IMG/VR virus record: IMGVR_UViG_3300044701_000569 | Coordinates: 293,560 to 357,559 of that record | Direction: 5' to 3' (one strand) | Length of the DNA stretch: 64,000 nucleotides | Shown: positions 26,699-36,055 of the stretch, one piece after another | Numbering within the stretch: position 1 is the stretch's first letter | How the letters are laid out: every line of letters starts with the position of its first letter | Notes under the pieces: generated by a model | The model's input: only the letters and a program-made list of their open reading frames with translations | What the model was told of the DNA's origin: nothing | Database searches by the model: none | Translations under genes and position numbers: made by a program

Positions 26699-28740
26699 TT
26701 CTCAGTTGCAATCCATTCGCCTTGCCAATCGTCACCTAGGTTCTGCTGTTTCATGAACTGGCAACGTTCAAACCAAATTTCGTAATACTTGTCCATTTGT
26801 CCATTAAATGTTCCCTTCATCATAGCACACATTTCAGCAGCTTCGTCAAACTTTTTCTGTTTGTACCAAGCATGCATGGCATTATGGGTATCACGATCCA
26901 TAATATATTCACGTTCGTTGCCCTTTATTCTCAGCACTGTGTATATGTTGTCAGCAACAGTTTTTCCTTTGGGCTGTAGGTTGTCTAGGTATAGATAGAA
27001 AAAGTCATCTTTGGTTCTGTTGTAGGTTTCAGCACCAATGATAGCCAACACACCATAGGCTTTGCAACGTGCTTCTAGTCGTGCAGCAGTACTAACCATG
27101 TCACCTAGTATGTCATAGCCGTGGCGTTCAGTTGATCCCATCTCACCTATAAATCCAGTGCCTGTGTTACAACCCCATCCCATAGCAGCAGGAGGTAAGC
27201 CCTGTGCTTCCATGTCTGCTGTATAACGATCCACAGCATCCAACATTTCTAGTCCTACCTTAACAATGGTGCGAGCATGATTAGGATCATCAATTGGAGC
27301 ACCATGCATGTGCATGCTAGCGTCACCTACATACTTAATAACCATACCTTTGTTGTTCATGATAGGTATAGTAATAGCATCCATATAGCCATTCATATAC
27401 TTGGCTAAGCCACCTACATCATCTCCATAGTGTTCACCAATTGGTGTGAAGCCACGTAGGTCTGAGAACATAACTGATACATCTTTACGCACACCTCGCT
27501 TGATAAGTTCTGGATCTTTCTGTAGCATCTCTACTACTTCCTTAGAGCAGTAGCCTGCAAACTGTTTCTTGATTGCCTGCTTCTGTAGGAATTCACTTAC
27601 AAACTTAATGCCATAAGTATGCAGAGCCACGAGTACAAAAGTAATCGTGCTTGCCGTCGCGTCTCCCAGGAAGGCTCCGTTATGGAAATAGTAATAAGAA
27701 GCAGCCACAGGGGTAATGATCCCCACAACAGTTGTAACGAGTCCGACATAAGTCCACCTTGATAGTAAAATTATTAGGGCACCTACTACAAGTATAAACA
27801 TGTATTCTGCGCTCTGTGCCCAGTCAGGACGCTGAATATTGCTGCCATTAAACATTGTTCCCAGCAGTGCTGCCTGCACATCTTGGGGATACACTGAACC
27901 CTTTGCTGTGGGTACAGGATTAGATAAGCCTGCGGCACTTACACCTACTATAACCACAGCACCATTAAAATCTTTGGGCAAATCAGCTGCACTAACACTC
28001 TTGTTAGTCTGACTCCAATCAACCCATACTCTACCATCTTGTTCTGTAGAGATAATACCAAATTTAGGTATTCTCAATTTTTCTACACCGTACTCGTTCA
28101 GTTTAATTTGAAAATTAGGATCACCTGCAATTACTCGTAGAGCTTCTAATGAAAGGCTGGGATACAGTACACCATCCACTGCTACCACAAGAGGTAATCT
28201 TCTGGTAACTCCGTCTATCTCAGTCATGGTGCTGACTATACCTACGCCCGCTGCATTCTTTTCCAGTGAAGGAACGTTTGCAATTATACCTTCTGCTGTG
28301 GGTATCTTGTGCAGGTACTCACTGCCCACAATAGCAGCGCCAGGATTCTTAGGTTGATTCTTTGTCTTATCGCTGGGTTGATTAGGTAGTATTACTGGTA
28401 GCTGTGCCAGTGTATTGGCTAAGAAAGCATCTCCGTTGAATCTGTCTTTCTCTGGCATCATCACGTTGAATATTACTAGTCCTGCGTTTCTAGCATACAG
28501 GTTGTGTATTAGTTCTGCATACACAGTTCTAGGAAAAGGCCACTGTCCCCATTTATCAAGTGATGCTTCATCTATGTTTACTGTATAGATATTGTTCTCT
28601 GTAGGTTCCTTAGAAGTAATAAGCCTGTCAAAGTAGTTTAACTTAACAGCTTCTAAGAATACAGGCTGCGACATAAACGTTGCCAGCAGTACGAATAGGG
28701 TTACAAATGCCCATAGTGGGTTGACAAATAGTTTCTTCAT
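26695..28740 (-). CDS. CHASE2-domain class III adenylate cyclase
   Basis: IDEASL..GQWPFPR, DGVTRR (CHASE2), three TM helices, FSDLRGFT, KYVGD, GDMVSTAARLE. Confidence 0.93.
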   Translation of the reverse strand: MKKLFVNPLWAFVTLFVLLATFMSQPVFLEAVKLNYFDRLITSKEPTENNIYTVNIDEASLDKWGQWPFPRTVYAELIHNLYARNAGLVIFNVMMPEKDRFNGDAFLANTLAQLPVILPNQPSDKTKNQPKNPGAAIVGSEYLHKIPTAEGIIANVPSLEKNAAGVGIVSTMTEIDGVTRRLPLVVAVDGVLYPSLSLEALRVIAGDPNFQIKLNEYGVEKLRIPKFGIISTEQDGRVWVDWSQTNKSVSAADLPKDFNGAVVIVGVSAAGLSNPVPTAKGSVYPQDVQAALLGTMFNGSNIQRPDWAQSAEYMFILVVGALIILLSRWTYVGLVTTVVGIITPVAASYYYFHNGAFLGDATASTITFVLVALHTYGIKFVSEFLQKQAIKKQFAGYCSKEVVEMLQKDPELIKRGVRKDVSVMFSDLRGFTPIGEHYGDDVGGLAKYMNGYMDAITIPIMNNKGMVIKYVGDASMHMHGAPIDDPNHARTIVKVGLEMLDAVDRYTADMEAQGLPPAAMGWGCNTGTGFIGEMGSTERHGYDILGDMVSTAARLEARCKAYGVLAIIGAETYNRTKDDFFYLYLDNLQPKGKTVADNIYTVLRIKGNEREYIMDRDTHNAMHAWYKQKKFDEAAEMCAMMKGTFNGQMDKYYEIWFERCQFMKQQNLGDDWQGEWIATEK

Positions 28741-28776
28741 AAAGTATTTATGAAGAAAAAGATTCTAAAAAGGTTT

Positions 28777-30450
28777 TTATTGTCCCTGTGTTACAGTTAT
28801 AGGACCACAGCTTATGTTAGCACACGAATGTGTGATTGAATAGTGCTGCTGTGTTGGTCCTGACTGTGTTACAGTAATACCTGTAGCGCCGCCACTTAGT
28901 GTTATGTTGCTCATGTGTGCTGCACTACCTTGTTGCAGCACATTTACTGTCTTGTTGCCGCCACTAAGAGCTAGTTCAAGGTAATGATTACCACTGTCTT
29001 TCTGTTCAACTGTTACACTGTTATTATTGCTACTAACATTAGCACTAATACCTTTAGTACCACCCGTGCTCTGTTGCGTAATATTCAGTGTATTATTGCT
29101 GCCTGATAAGAACAGTTCACTATAGTTTGTAGCAGATCCTGATGTAGAAGTTTGATTCACTGTTACGTTGTTAAACGAACCTGTACTGCGCACTTCAGCA
29201 TAATTATTTTTAGTACCTAACTGTGTAATGTTAATAGTACTCGAATTACCTATTTGTTCAACAATTACTCTTGTGTCCTGTGAAGCTCTACCTTGAAAAC
29301 CTGTAACTCTATTCACTACACCTGAGTTAGCATTGAATGGTGCGGAACTTCCACCGCAGCAAAGTGTACTAGGATTAGCTACACTACCACTACCTACATC
29401 TGTCGCTGTAGTTGCATTGTTGCTGTCATAATAAAAGGTGATCTCAGCTATCTGCATACTGTCGCAGTTTAGGCCGCACCCGTCGCCAGCTTTGGTTGTT
29501 GGAAAGAAAATGTAATAATAAACATAAGCGGTAGAGTTAGTAACAGTAATCATTGCACTAGTGTCAAACCTATTATTGCTTAGATTTAGATTACCATCCT
29601 GTATCAGTGTCCATGTAGTGCCATTATTTGAGCCGTACAGTTTGTAACTGGTGGGATCTCTACCAGGAAAGTCGTTGGCTGTGGTTAATGTAAAACCCGT
29701 AACTACTCGACCCGTATTTAATTTAACGGTAACTCCCGCATTGTATTTGTCAAAGTTTAGATATTTAGTATAGGGATTATTATCAAAAGCATTAGCTGCG
29801 CCTTCATTTGGCGGACTGTTGTTGCTGGTAGGATAATGATTAGTGATATAAACATTACTACTGTTGTTATAGATAGCTGTTGGTACAGGACTAGGTGCAG
29901 GTGCTGTACTACTAGGTGTTTGTGTAGCAGTTTGTCCCTGTGTTAACGGAACCGTAGAATAATTAGCATCAGCATAAGTGTTTGCTTGTTGTATAGTAGG
30001 ATTAAGTGTACCAGTCCACGATACTCCGCTGGTGTCACTCATGCCTGATGATCCGCTGAATAACTGTCCTGTGTTATTATCATTACCTACAAAGAAGAAA
30101 TAATCAGGACCTATATTAACAATCTTACCAGTGCCTAGTGTACCTGCTACAGTTCCGTTACTGTTGTAAACTTTAGCTTCATAAGGATAACTGGCATTAC
30201 CAGTTAAACTAAATTTAACGTACTGCCCTGTCTGCCAACTCCACTGTCCTGATGTCCAGGGAATTTTGTAAGCTGTACCTGGCTGTTTACTGTAGATTTC
30301 GCAGGTAGTTGTATACAAGCAGGCGCTTACGTTCCATTGGCTGTCAGCAATTTGATATCTGCCAAACTGAATGTCAGTGAGATCAGCCCGTGCTGCCGTT
30401 GACAGGAATAATAGTGCTATAGCAAATAAAAATTTTTTTATCTGTTCCAT
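28777..30450 (-). CDS. secreted discoidin (F5/8C-like) plus curlin-repeat protein
   Basis: Signal peptide; NAFDNN..TKYL, TANDFPGRDP..YKLYGSNNGTTW, MQIAEI; C-terminal QxG/N repeats. Confidence 0.8.
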   Translation of the reverse strand: MEQIKKFLFAIALLFLSTAARADLTDIQFGRYQIADSQWNVSACLYTTTCEIYSKQPGTAYKIPWTSGQWSWQTGQYVKFSLTGNASYPYEAKVYNSNGTVAGTLGTGKIVNIGPDYFFFVGNDNNTGQLFSGSSGMSDTSGVSWTGTLNPTIQQANTYADANYSTVPLTQGQTATQTPSSTAPAPSPVPTAIYNNSSNVYITNHYPTSNNSPPNEGAANAFDNNPYTKYLNFDKYNAGVTVKLNTGRVVTGFTLTTANDFPGRDPTSYKLYGSNNGTTWTLIQDGNLNLSNNRFDTSAMITVTNSTAYVYYYIFFPTTKAGDGCGLNCDSMQIAEITFYYDSNNATTATDVGSGSVANPSTLCCGGSSAPFNANSGVVNRVTGFQGRASQDTRVIVEQIGNSSTINITQLGTKNNYAEVRSTGSFNNVTVNQTSTSGSATNYSELFLSGSNNTLNITQQSTGGTKGISANVSSNNNSVTVEQKDSGNHYLELALSGGNKTVNVLQQGSAAHMSNITLSGGATGITVTQSGPTQQHYSITHSCANISCGPITVTQGQ

Positions 30451-31520
30451 TGTCTCACCGTTACAACTGTGCTGCCGTTGCCCACTGTGCGTGTTTCAAT
30501 ATCATTAGAGTTTACGCTAACATTGTAGGTAACATTATCAAACTTTTCGCCTGTTCTAATACTAATGATATTGCCTCGCAACTCATCCTGTTTGTAATAA
30601 TAGTTACGTCCTTTTTCATTTCCACATTCATTGAAGGGATAACAGGTATTGCCTCCTAGTGTGCCGTCTTCAACTTTGCCTGCTGTGGCTGCGGCAATTA
30701 TCTTTGTTTCAGCAGCTTCCTGTGCTCTCAATGCTGCTAGTCCGCTAGCTCCCTGTTGGTGGGAATTTTTTTCCTCTTGTGTTTCTTTAACTGCGGGGCG
30801 TTTTCTTTCTTCTTGTTCTGTTCTAGCTTCTACTATAGCACCAGGCATTTTAAGGATACTGTCATTACGTGCTACTTGAGATAGATCCATAGGAACCTGC
30901 ACAGGTGGCAGTGGAGGTTGATTAGAATCTACAACGTAAGTAGCCGTGAATGCTTGGTTAAGCACTACACTGCCCAATGCTGTCATAACTTCAATAGAAC
31001 CTGTTATGCAATTTCCTGCAATCTCATATTTCTTCAGTGCTTCTTCAGTTGTACAGCTGGGCAGTAGAACCACCATGCTTCTACCTGCTTCGTCAACTGT
31101 CATTGAAAAATCTGTGCCGCGCACAGCAATAGTGGCTGTGGGAGTTTTTATGTTTACCTGCTGAGGATTATTTTTAGCAATCTGTCCTGAAGCGTATCTC
31201 ACAGAACCCAGTGCTACTTTGATTCCCAGTTTACCTGCGTCTGCATTTTTAGGATCGTACACGAAGTCATCAATAACCAAGCGACTGTTTGCTGTAATCT
31301 TTACATTGGTATTATCTATAAATTTTAACTCAGCACTGGTGTTGGAACCAACTATGATTAAATCGTCACTGAGAATGCCTGTGCTTCTGGTTAGAGCAGA
31401 TTTTTTCTTTGCTCGTTCCAGTTGGGCATGTTCCCCAGTCAGTGAAGTCACACTTCCAATGTTTGCTTCAGCGATACTGGGGATTGATAAACACGCCAAC
31501 AACAACCATAATAGTTTCAT
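30438..31520 (-). CDS. FecR-domain periplasmic protein
   Basis: Signal peptide, IDDFVYDP, KTPTATIAVRGTDF. Confidence 0.88.
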   Translation of the reverse strand: MKLLWLLLACLSIPSIAEANIGSVTSLTGEHAQLERAKKKSALTRSTGILSDDLIIVGSNTSAELKFIDNTNVKITANSRLVIDDFVYDPKNADAGKLGIKVALGSVRYASGQIAKNNPQQVNIKTPTATIAVRGTDFSMTVDEAGRSMVVLLPSCTTEEALKKYEIAGNCITGSIEVMTALGSVVLNQAFTATYVVDSNQPPLPPVQVPMDLSQVARNDSILKMPGAIVEARTEQEERKRPAVKETQEEKNSHQQGASGLAALRAQEAAETKIIAAATAGKVEDGTLGGNTCYPFNECGNEKGRNYYYKQDELRGNIISIRTGEKFDNVTYNVSVNSNDIETRTVGNGSTVVTVRQWNR

Positions 31521-32194
31521 TACTTCCCTGTTGACACAATTACTGTGTTAGAGTTACCGTTGGTGTTGATTGAAACAGTGGTATCAACTATACCATGCTG
31601 TGTAACTGTATGTGTGTTACTGGTGCCTAGAACTGTAGCTAACAAGTGATGTCCGCCGCCTGCACTAGGACCACTCATGGTATTAGTAAAGGTATTGGAA
31701 TCGCCTGTTATAGATATGTTAGCAGTACTGTTACTGGTTTGGATATTTTGTGTAACTGTATTGCTATTGCCTGTAATACCCAAGGTGTTGGTAATGTTAG
31801 CACCTTTGATAGTCTGAGTCACTGTATTCATGTTACCGCTAATGGTTGTAGTAGAAGTAACTGAAGTACAGGCAGTTGTGCCATCACCGCAATTCATTGT
31901 TACGGTGTTGTTGTTTCCAGTGATATTTTTAATTATTGTGTTTGAATCACCTACGACTGTGTAGTCAAGAATGTTTCCATCACCGGTCTGTGTTGCTGTC
32001 ATTGAGTTGTTATTTCCAGTGATAGTAGAATGAGTTGCAACTGATCCTACCTTATTTAGAGCACCAACCTGAGTAATAGTCACAGTGTTACTATTACCGA
32101 TCTGTTCAATATAAACAGCATTGTTTGCGAATGCAGCCTGAGTAAACATCACACTCACTACTGCTGCCGCACTAGCCATTAATATTTTTTTCAT
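31520..32194 (-). CDS. curlin-repeat protein (CsgA/CsgB-like)
   Basis: Signal peptide; IEQIGNSN, ITQVGALN, ATQTGDGN and repeated (I/T)xGxxN; rich in N, T, G. Confidence 0.8.
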   Translation of the reverse strand: MKKILMASAAAVVSVMFTQAAFANNAVYIEQIGNSNTVTITQVGALNKVGSVATHSTITGNNNSMTATQTGDGNILDYTVVGDSNTIIKNITGNNNTVTMNCGDGTTACTSVTSTTTISGNMNTVTQTIKGANITNTLGITGNSNTVTQNIQTSNSTANISITGDSNTFTNTMSGPSAGGGHHLLATVLGTSNTHTVTQHGIVDTTVSINTNGNSNTVIVSTGK

Positions 32195-32268
32195 AATTAT
32201 TGCCCTCTTTGATCCCGTTACTGTTGATAGGACGGATCTTCCTTATATGACATAGCCCTATGTCTATT

Positions 32269-33165
32269 TTATTTTTTTTCTTCTGCCTTTTCTTCTGCCT
32301 TGGTTTCTGCCTTGTTTTGCGCTGCAGGTTGTGTGACTGCTGCATCACCTGGTTGAGGCCAAGGTGCTGCAACTGGTTTAGAAAATGCCCAGTGTCCTTT
32401 ACGAGCACCATCATTGATTAGCTCAATCACTGCCCCGTGAACTGCTAACTGTGTTGCTCTGTTAATGCTTTCATTTGCAGCTACACCTGATTCTAGCTCA
32501 AATGCTTTCTGTCCCAGTTCATAGAATTTGATTACACCCACTCTATCCTGAACTGAAGCTACAGTTTTCTTAACCATTACAGATGAAAGAACTTCACCGC
32601 TGGACACACTAACTGCTCGTAGACTGATAACTACTTCATCCTGTCTGTATTCTGTTGAAGCACCAATGCCCAACAGTCTAGCACCATTACCGCCACTTAC
32701 TGTGTTTGAGTCATAGCCCACAATACCGCCTTCCAGCAGTATTCCTGCGAACACCATTGGAGGTAAAGGCTGTGCTTTATCTCCTTGATAGAGTTCTCTC
32801 ATCTGACGTATAAGTTGACGCTCTTTGATAATGTTGTCTAGTCCCCCACGCTCTACTACTTTGAACCATTGTCCGCCGCCTATGGTTTGTAGGCTTTGAA
32901 TTAGATAGTTGTCTGCGCCCTGTGTTACAGCAGAACTTAGACTGGCTATGTTCTGTACTGATTTTCTTTGTCCTGTTAGGTCTCTAAAGTTGTAGACAGC
33001 CACAGTCAATGCTCCCTGTGCAGGAGGTGCTAGTTGTGGTTCTTTCTTTAGCTCAGGAACAGTTACAACAGGATCATCCCAAGTTCTTAATTTAGCTGTG
33101 TTTATACTGGCACAACCTGAAAGCACTGTTGCTGCTAAAAGTGTTGAAATTAATTTTAGTTTCAT
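32269..33165 (-). CDS. csgG: curli secretion channel lipoprotein CsgG
   Basis: Lipobox LSGC; AVYNFRDLTGQRK, SSAVTQG, WFKVVER, LLEGGIVGYD. Confidence 0.93.
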   Translation of the reverse strand: MKLKLISTLLAATVLSGCASINTAKLRTWDDPVVTVPELKKEPQLAPPAQGALTVAVYNFRDLTGQRKSVQNIASLSSAVTQGADNYLIQSLQTIGGGQWFKVVERGGLDNIIKERQLIRQMRELYQGDKAQPLPPMVFAGILLEGGIVGYDSNTVSGGNGARLLGIGASTEYRQDEVVISLRAVSVSSGEVLSSVMVKKTVASVQDRVGVIKFYELGQKAFELESGVAANESINRATQLAVHGAVIELINDGARKGHWAFSKPVAAPWPQPGDAAVTQPAAQNKAETKAEEKAEEKK

Positions 33166-33617
33166 GGTGCGATCCATCCAAAGTCCCCGATCGGAACTGT
33201 CATTGTTGTAACATTGCCCTGTGCATCTCTAATTGTAATTTCAATTAGATTGCCTGTCTTTGTATATGTTATTGTTCCACCATTAAACGCAAAGGTGCCC
33301 ATTACCTGTGAGCCAGTACCTTCAAATAGCTTTTCAGTAATCTGTCTTGCTAGTTCATTATACACACGACTTTCTAGGTTAGCTATAAATCTAGCCATAG
33401 TTGTGTTTTTAGCATCTAGTTCTTCTTTTAATTGTTCTGCTTTCTTTTCAGCTGTTATAGCTAGTCTTCTACTTAATTCTTGATTGTAAACAGACAGTAC
33501 GTGACTGCTGTAGCCTATGCCTGAAAAGGAAGGATTGTTAAATTGAAATACTATTTCACTTGCATTTGCAGATGATGCAAGAATGGCAAATGTTGCCGCG
33601 GTTATTATTTTCTTCAT
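33162..33617 (-). CDS. csgF: curli assembly protein CsgF
   Basis: Signal peptide then IVFQFNNPSFSG (CsgF FxNPxFGG motif); GGAGG SD; coupled to csgG. Confidence 0.85.
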   Translation of the reverse strand: MKKIITAATFAILASSANASEIVFQFNNPSFSGIGYSSHVLSVYNQELSRRLAITAEKKAEQLKEELDAKNTTMARFIANLESRVYNELARQITEKLFEGTGSQVMGTFAFNGGTITYTKTGNLIEITIRDAQGNVTTMTVPIGDFGWIAP

Positions 33618-33655
33618 CGTGCCCTCCAGAAGAATAGAGATTTCTTCTACAGTAT

Positions 33656-33661
33656 TATTTA
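33656..33661 (-). promoter_or_regulatory. TAAATA late-type promoter of the curli operon
   Basis: Motif recurs upstream of structural-region genes. Confidence 0.6.
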
Positions 33662-33692
33662 AGCACAACTATGAGAAAGTTTAGTATGTAGA

Positions 33693-35333
33693 TTATTTGG
33701 AAGCAATGTATCCAGGAGTAGGAGTCTGCTGGTCATCATTCCAGTTAAATCCTGCACCCATTACTACTGTTTTACCTAGCTTTTTAACTAGGTCACTACC
33801 ATCTTTAATTATTGTATAATCAAGTGTGTCTGTTCTCAAGAACATGATAGTAGTTATACCATCTGCTAGATGATAGCTTTCATAGGCTATTCTTGCATAG
33901 ACCTTGTTCATTTTTTCTACGTCAACTGTGCCATCCTGATTAATTGCTGTAGCAATCAACTTGTCAGAGTTTTTAATCTTGTCAAGATTTAGCACAAGTG
34001 CCTTTATGGTGTTATAGAAAAGTTCATAAGTTTTATTGAAGTCACTAAATGGTTCAAGAATTTCTTCGTTTAGTGCTTGAAAACCTTTTGGATTCCAGTT
34101 GTACTTGTTGCCTAACTTAGCTTTGCCTTTTATTACGTTGTATTGATTACCATCAAATTTATTAAGAGGAACCTTGATTCGATTTCCCTTCTTATCAGTA
34201 CTATAAATTGTAGCGTTATCAGGAGCAGCTGATAAAATAGCATTAATGCCTTTTCTCCATGGTTCCCAACCAGCAGTAGCTTTTGCAATACTCTTACTGT
34301 TTAGTCGACCACCCGTTGACGCACTAGCTTTAATCTCAAGTTCAGTGTCGCCAACCTTGAGATCGCCTTTCTTTGCTTTCTCCGCAGGATTGCCCATCAT
34401 TGATAGTGCCATCTCTCCTGGTCCAATTGCTCCAGAAGTCTTACCAGGACTATAACTAAAAATGTTTTGTTCTACAAAGATGTCAAAAAGTTTCTTGTAC
34501 TTAGGATTAACATTGTCTTTGATGTTACCTCTGTCTGTACCTATCACAGACAACATATTGATAACATCGCCCTTAACACAAGCAGCTAAGAAATCTTTAA
34601 TTTCTTTAGGGTCTACGTCTGCTTCAGATTGAATGTCAACAATTTTACCAAATAGTGCCTGCTTTAAGGTTTTAGTAAATTCCGCTGCGTTAACAGCTCG
34701 TTTAGTTGCTAGTGTTCTTTCTTTAGAAGTCATTGCGCCGAGGTCTTCTTCTTGGTAGCCTTGAACTTTATTGCCAAGTGCTACTAGATAGCTACTAACT
34801 TCTCTTACAAAACTTTCAGCTTCTTTTTGTTTTCCAACAGCAATATCTTTTGCTGATTTAAGTTCCTCAACCTGTTTAGTCAACTGATCAAGATTCTTAC
34901 GCATAGGGGTAATAAATTGCTTCTTAACCTTTTCGTCAATATTTGAAGCTTCAATAGCTTTGATCTGATCCTTTAAAGTTGCAATAGTGCTTAGAATTGA
35001 AGAATCTACTTCTTCAGACTCTCTAATGCTCTCAACAGGTGCAGGTTGTGGTGTAGCTGGTTGTGGCTGTGCAGGTTTAGCAACAGGTGCAGGCTGCGGC
35101 GTAGCTGGTTGTGGTTTTTCTTGTTGTTGTATGTTTGCTTTAGACAAGAAAGCAGCAATACTATCTGACATCTGTTTAAGTTTATTTGCAACAGATGTTT
35201 TAACATTTTGTTTTTCTGGCGGTAGTTGTGAAAGTGCAGATCCAATTACATCAAGATCGTGAATTGCTTTTTGAGCTTCAAGGTCTGATTGCTCAACAGC
35301 TTCTTTAATAACTAATAACTCTCTAAATTTCAT
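33693..35333 (-). CDS. large protein with coiled-coil N-terminus and PD-(D/E)xK nuclease-like C-terminus
   Basis: GPGE...KGDL...LEIKAS; PQPA repeats; TAAATA upstream. Confidence 0.65.
   Translation of the reverse strand: MKFRELLVIKEAVEQSDLEAQKAIHDLDVIGSALSQLPPEKQNVKTSVANKLKQMSDSIAAFLSKANIQQQEKPQPATPQPAPVAKPAQPQPATPQPAPVESIRESEEVDSSILSTIATLKDQIKAIEASNIDEKVKKQFITPMRKNLDQLTKQVEELKSAKDIAVGKQKEAESFVREVSSYLVALGNKVQGYQEEDLGAMTSKERTLATKRAVNAAEFTKTLKQALFGKIVDIQSEADVDPKEIKDFLAACVKGDVINMLSVIGTDRGNIKDNVNPKYKKLFDIFVEQNIFSYSPGKTSGAIGPGEMALSMMGNPAEKAKKGDLKVGDTELEIKASASTGGRLNSKSIAKATAGWEPWRKGINAILSAAPDNATIYSTDKKGNRIKVPLNKFDGNQYNVIKGKAKLGNKYNWNPKGFQALNEEILEPFSDFNKTYELFYNTIKALVLNLDKIKNSDKLIATAINQDGTVDVEKMNKVYARIAYESYHLADGITTIMFLRTDTLDYTIIKDGSDLVKKLGKTVVMGAGFNWNDDQQTPTPGYIASK
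35033..35115 (-). repeat. intragenic duplication encoding PQPATPQPAPV twice
   Basis: Two near-identical caacaggtgcagg...gtagctggttgtgg units 48 nt apart. Confidence 0.8.
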
Positions 35334-35359
35334 GGGCAACCCTAAATCTTATAATATAT

Positions 35360-36055
35360 TTATACTATTTTAGGGAACAGCATGTCTGTACAAAACAGAT
35401 CCACTTCTGCTTCGTTAAGCCCTAGACTTTTCATTACATTAGGTGTATGGGGGTTTTGACGCTGATTGTCACAGTACCAGTTCTGTGCCTTAACAGTATC
35501 TTCTAAGGCTGCTGAATCAGCATAGTCACTGATCTCGTCAAAATAGGCTCGTAGGTTATTAAGTGCTATGTTTATAATTGCTACAGCTTCTTCTTCTGTG
35601 TTGACATTTCCAGCAGCCAACATCTTATCTGTAAAAATATTCTTAGCCCACTGTGGCAGTTCTCTCTGCTTCTTAGGTATAAAATCTTCTACACTATCCT
35701 TGTAGCCTAGAATCATAGGATGATTCGCGCCACCACTCGAAGGACTAAAATCGTGAAACGCACCTGTTATCTTATTCTTACCAGCAATAACATCAAAGCC
35801 GTAGATAGGTCCGCCGTTGGTAAGGCTAGGAAACACACAGACGTGCATCATCCAAAGACCTTTGCTTTCTCTAGCATCTACAACATCAATATGAGCCCTA
35901 CGCACATGTAGATTAGCCCATACACGATTAACCCAGCCCCCGTCGCTCTTATTAAATTGCGACATTCCCGGTTCGTTAATTTCAACTGCGTGTTCTTCAA
36001 ATATCTTGATAATCTCGTCTTTGCAATCAATTAGCTTTTCCCAAATTACACTCAC
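35360..36055 (-). CDS. ferredoxin-dependent bilin reductase, PcyX/PcyA-like
   Basis: RRAHIDVVD, MMHVCVFP, PIYGFDVIAG, RELPQWA..IF, YCDNQRQNPHT; next to heme oxygenase. Confidence 0.88.
   Translation of the reverse strand: MSVIWEKLIDCKDEIIKIFEEHAVEINEPGMSQFNKSDGGWVNRVWANLHVRRAHIDVVDARESKGLWMMHVCVFPSLTNGGPIYGFDVIAGKNKITGAFHDFSPSSGGANHPMILGYKDSVEDFIPKKQRELPQWAKNIFTDKMLAAGNVNTEEEAVAIINIALNNLRAYFDEISDYADSAALEDTVKAQNWYCDNQRQNPHTPNVMKSLGLNEAEVDLFCTDMLFPKIV

Noticed and set aside
32172-32414. Frameshift at the A8 run ending csgG, fusing it to curlin
   Set aside because: Neither shifted frame joins the curlin frame, and curlin has its own SD and signal peptide.
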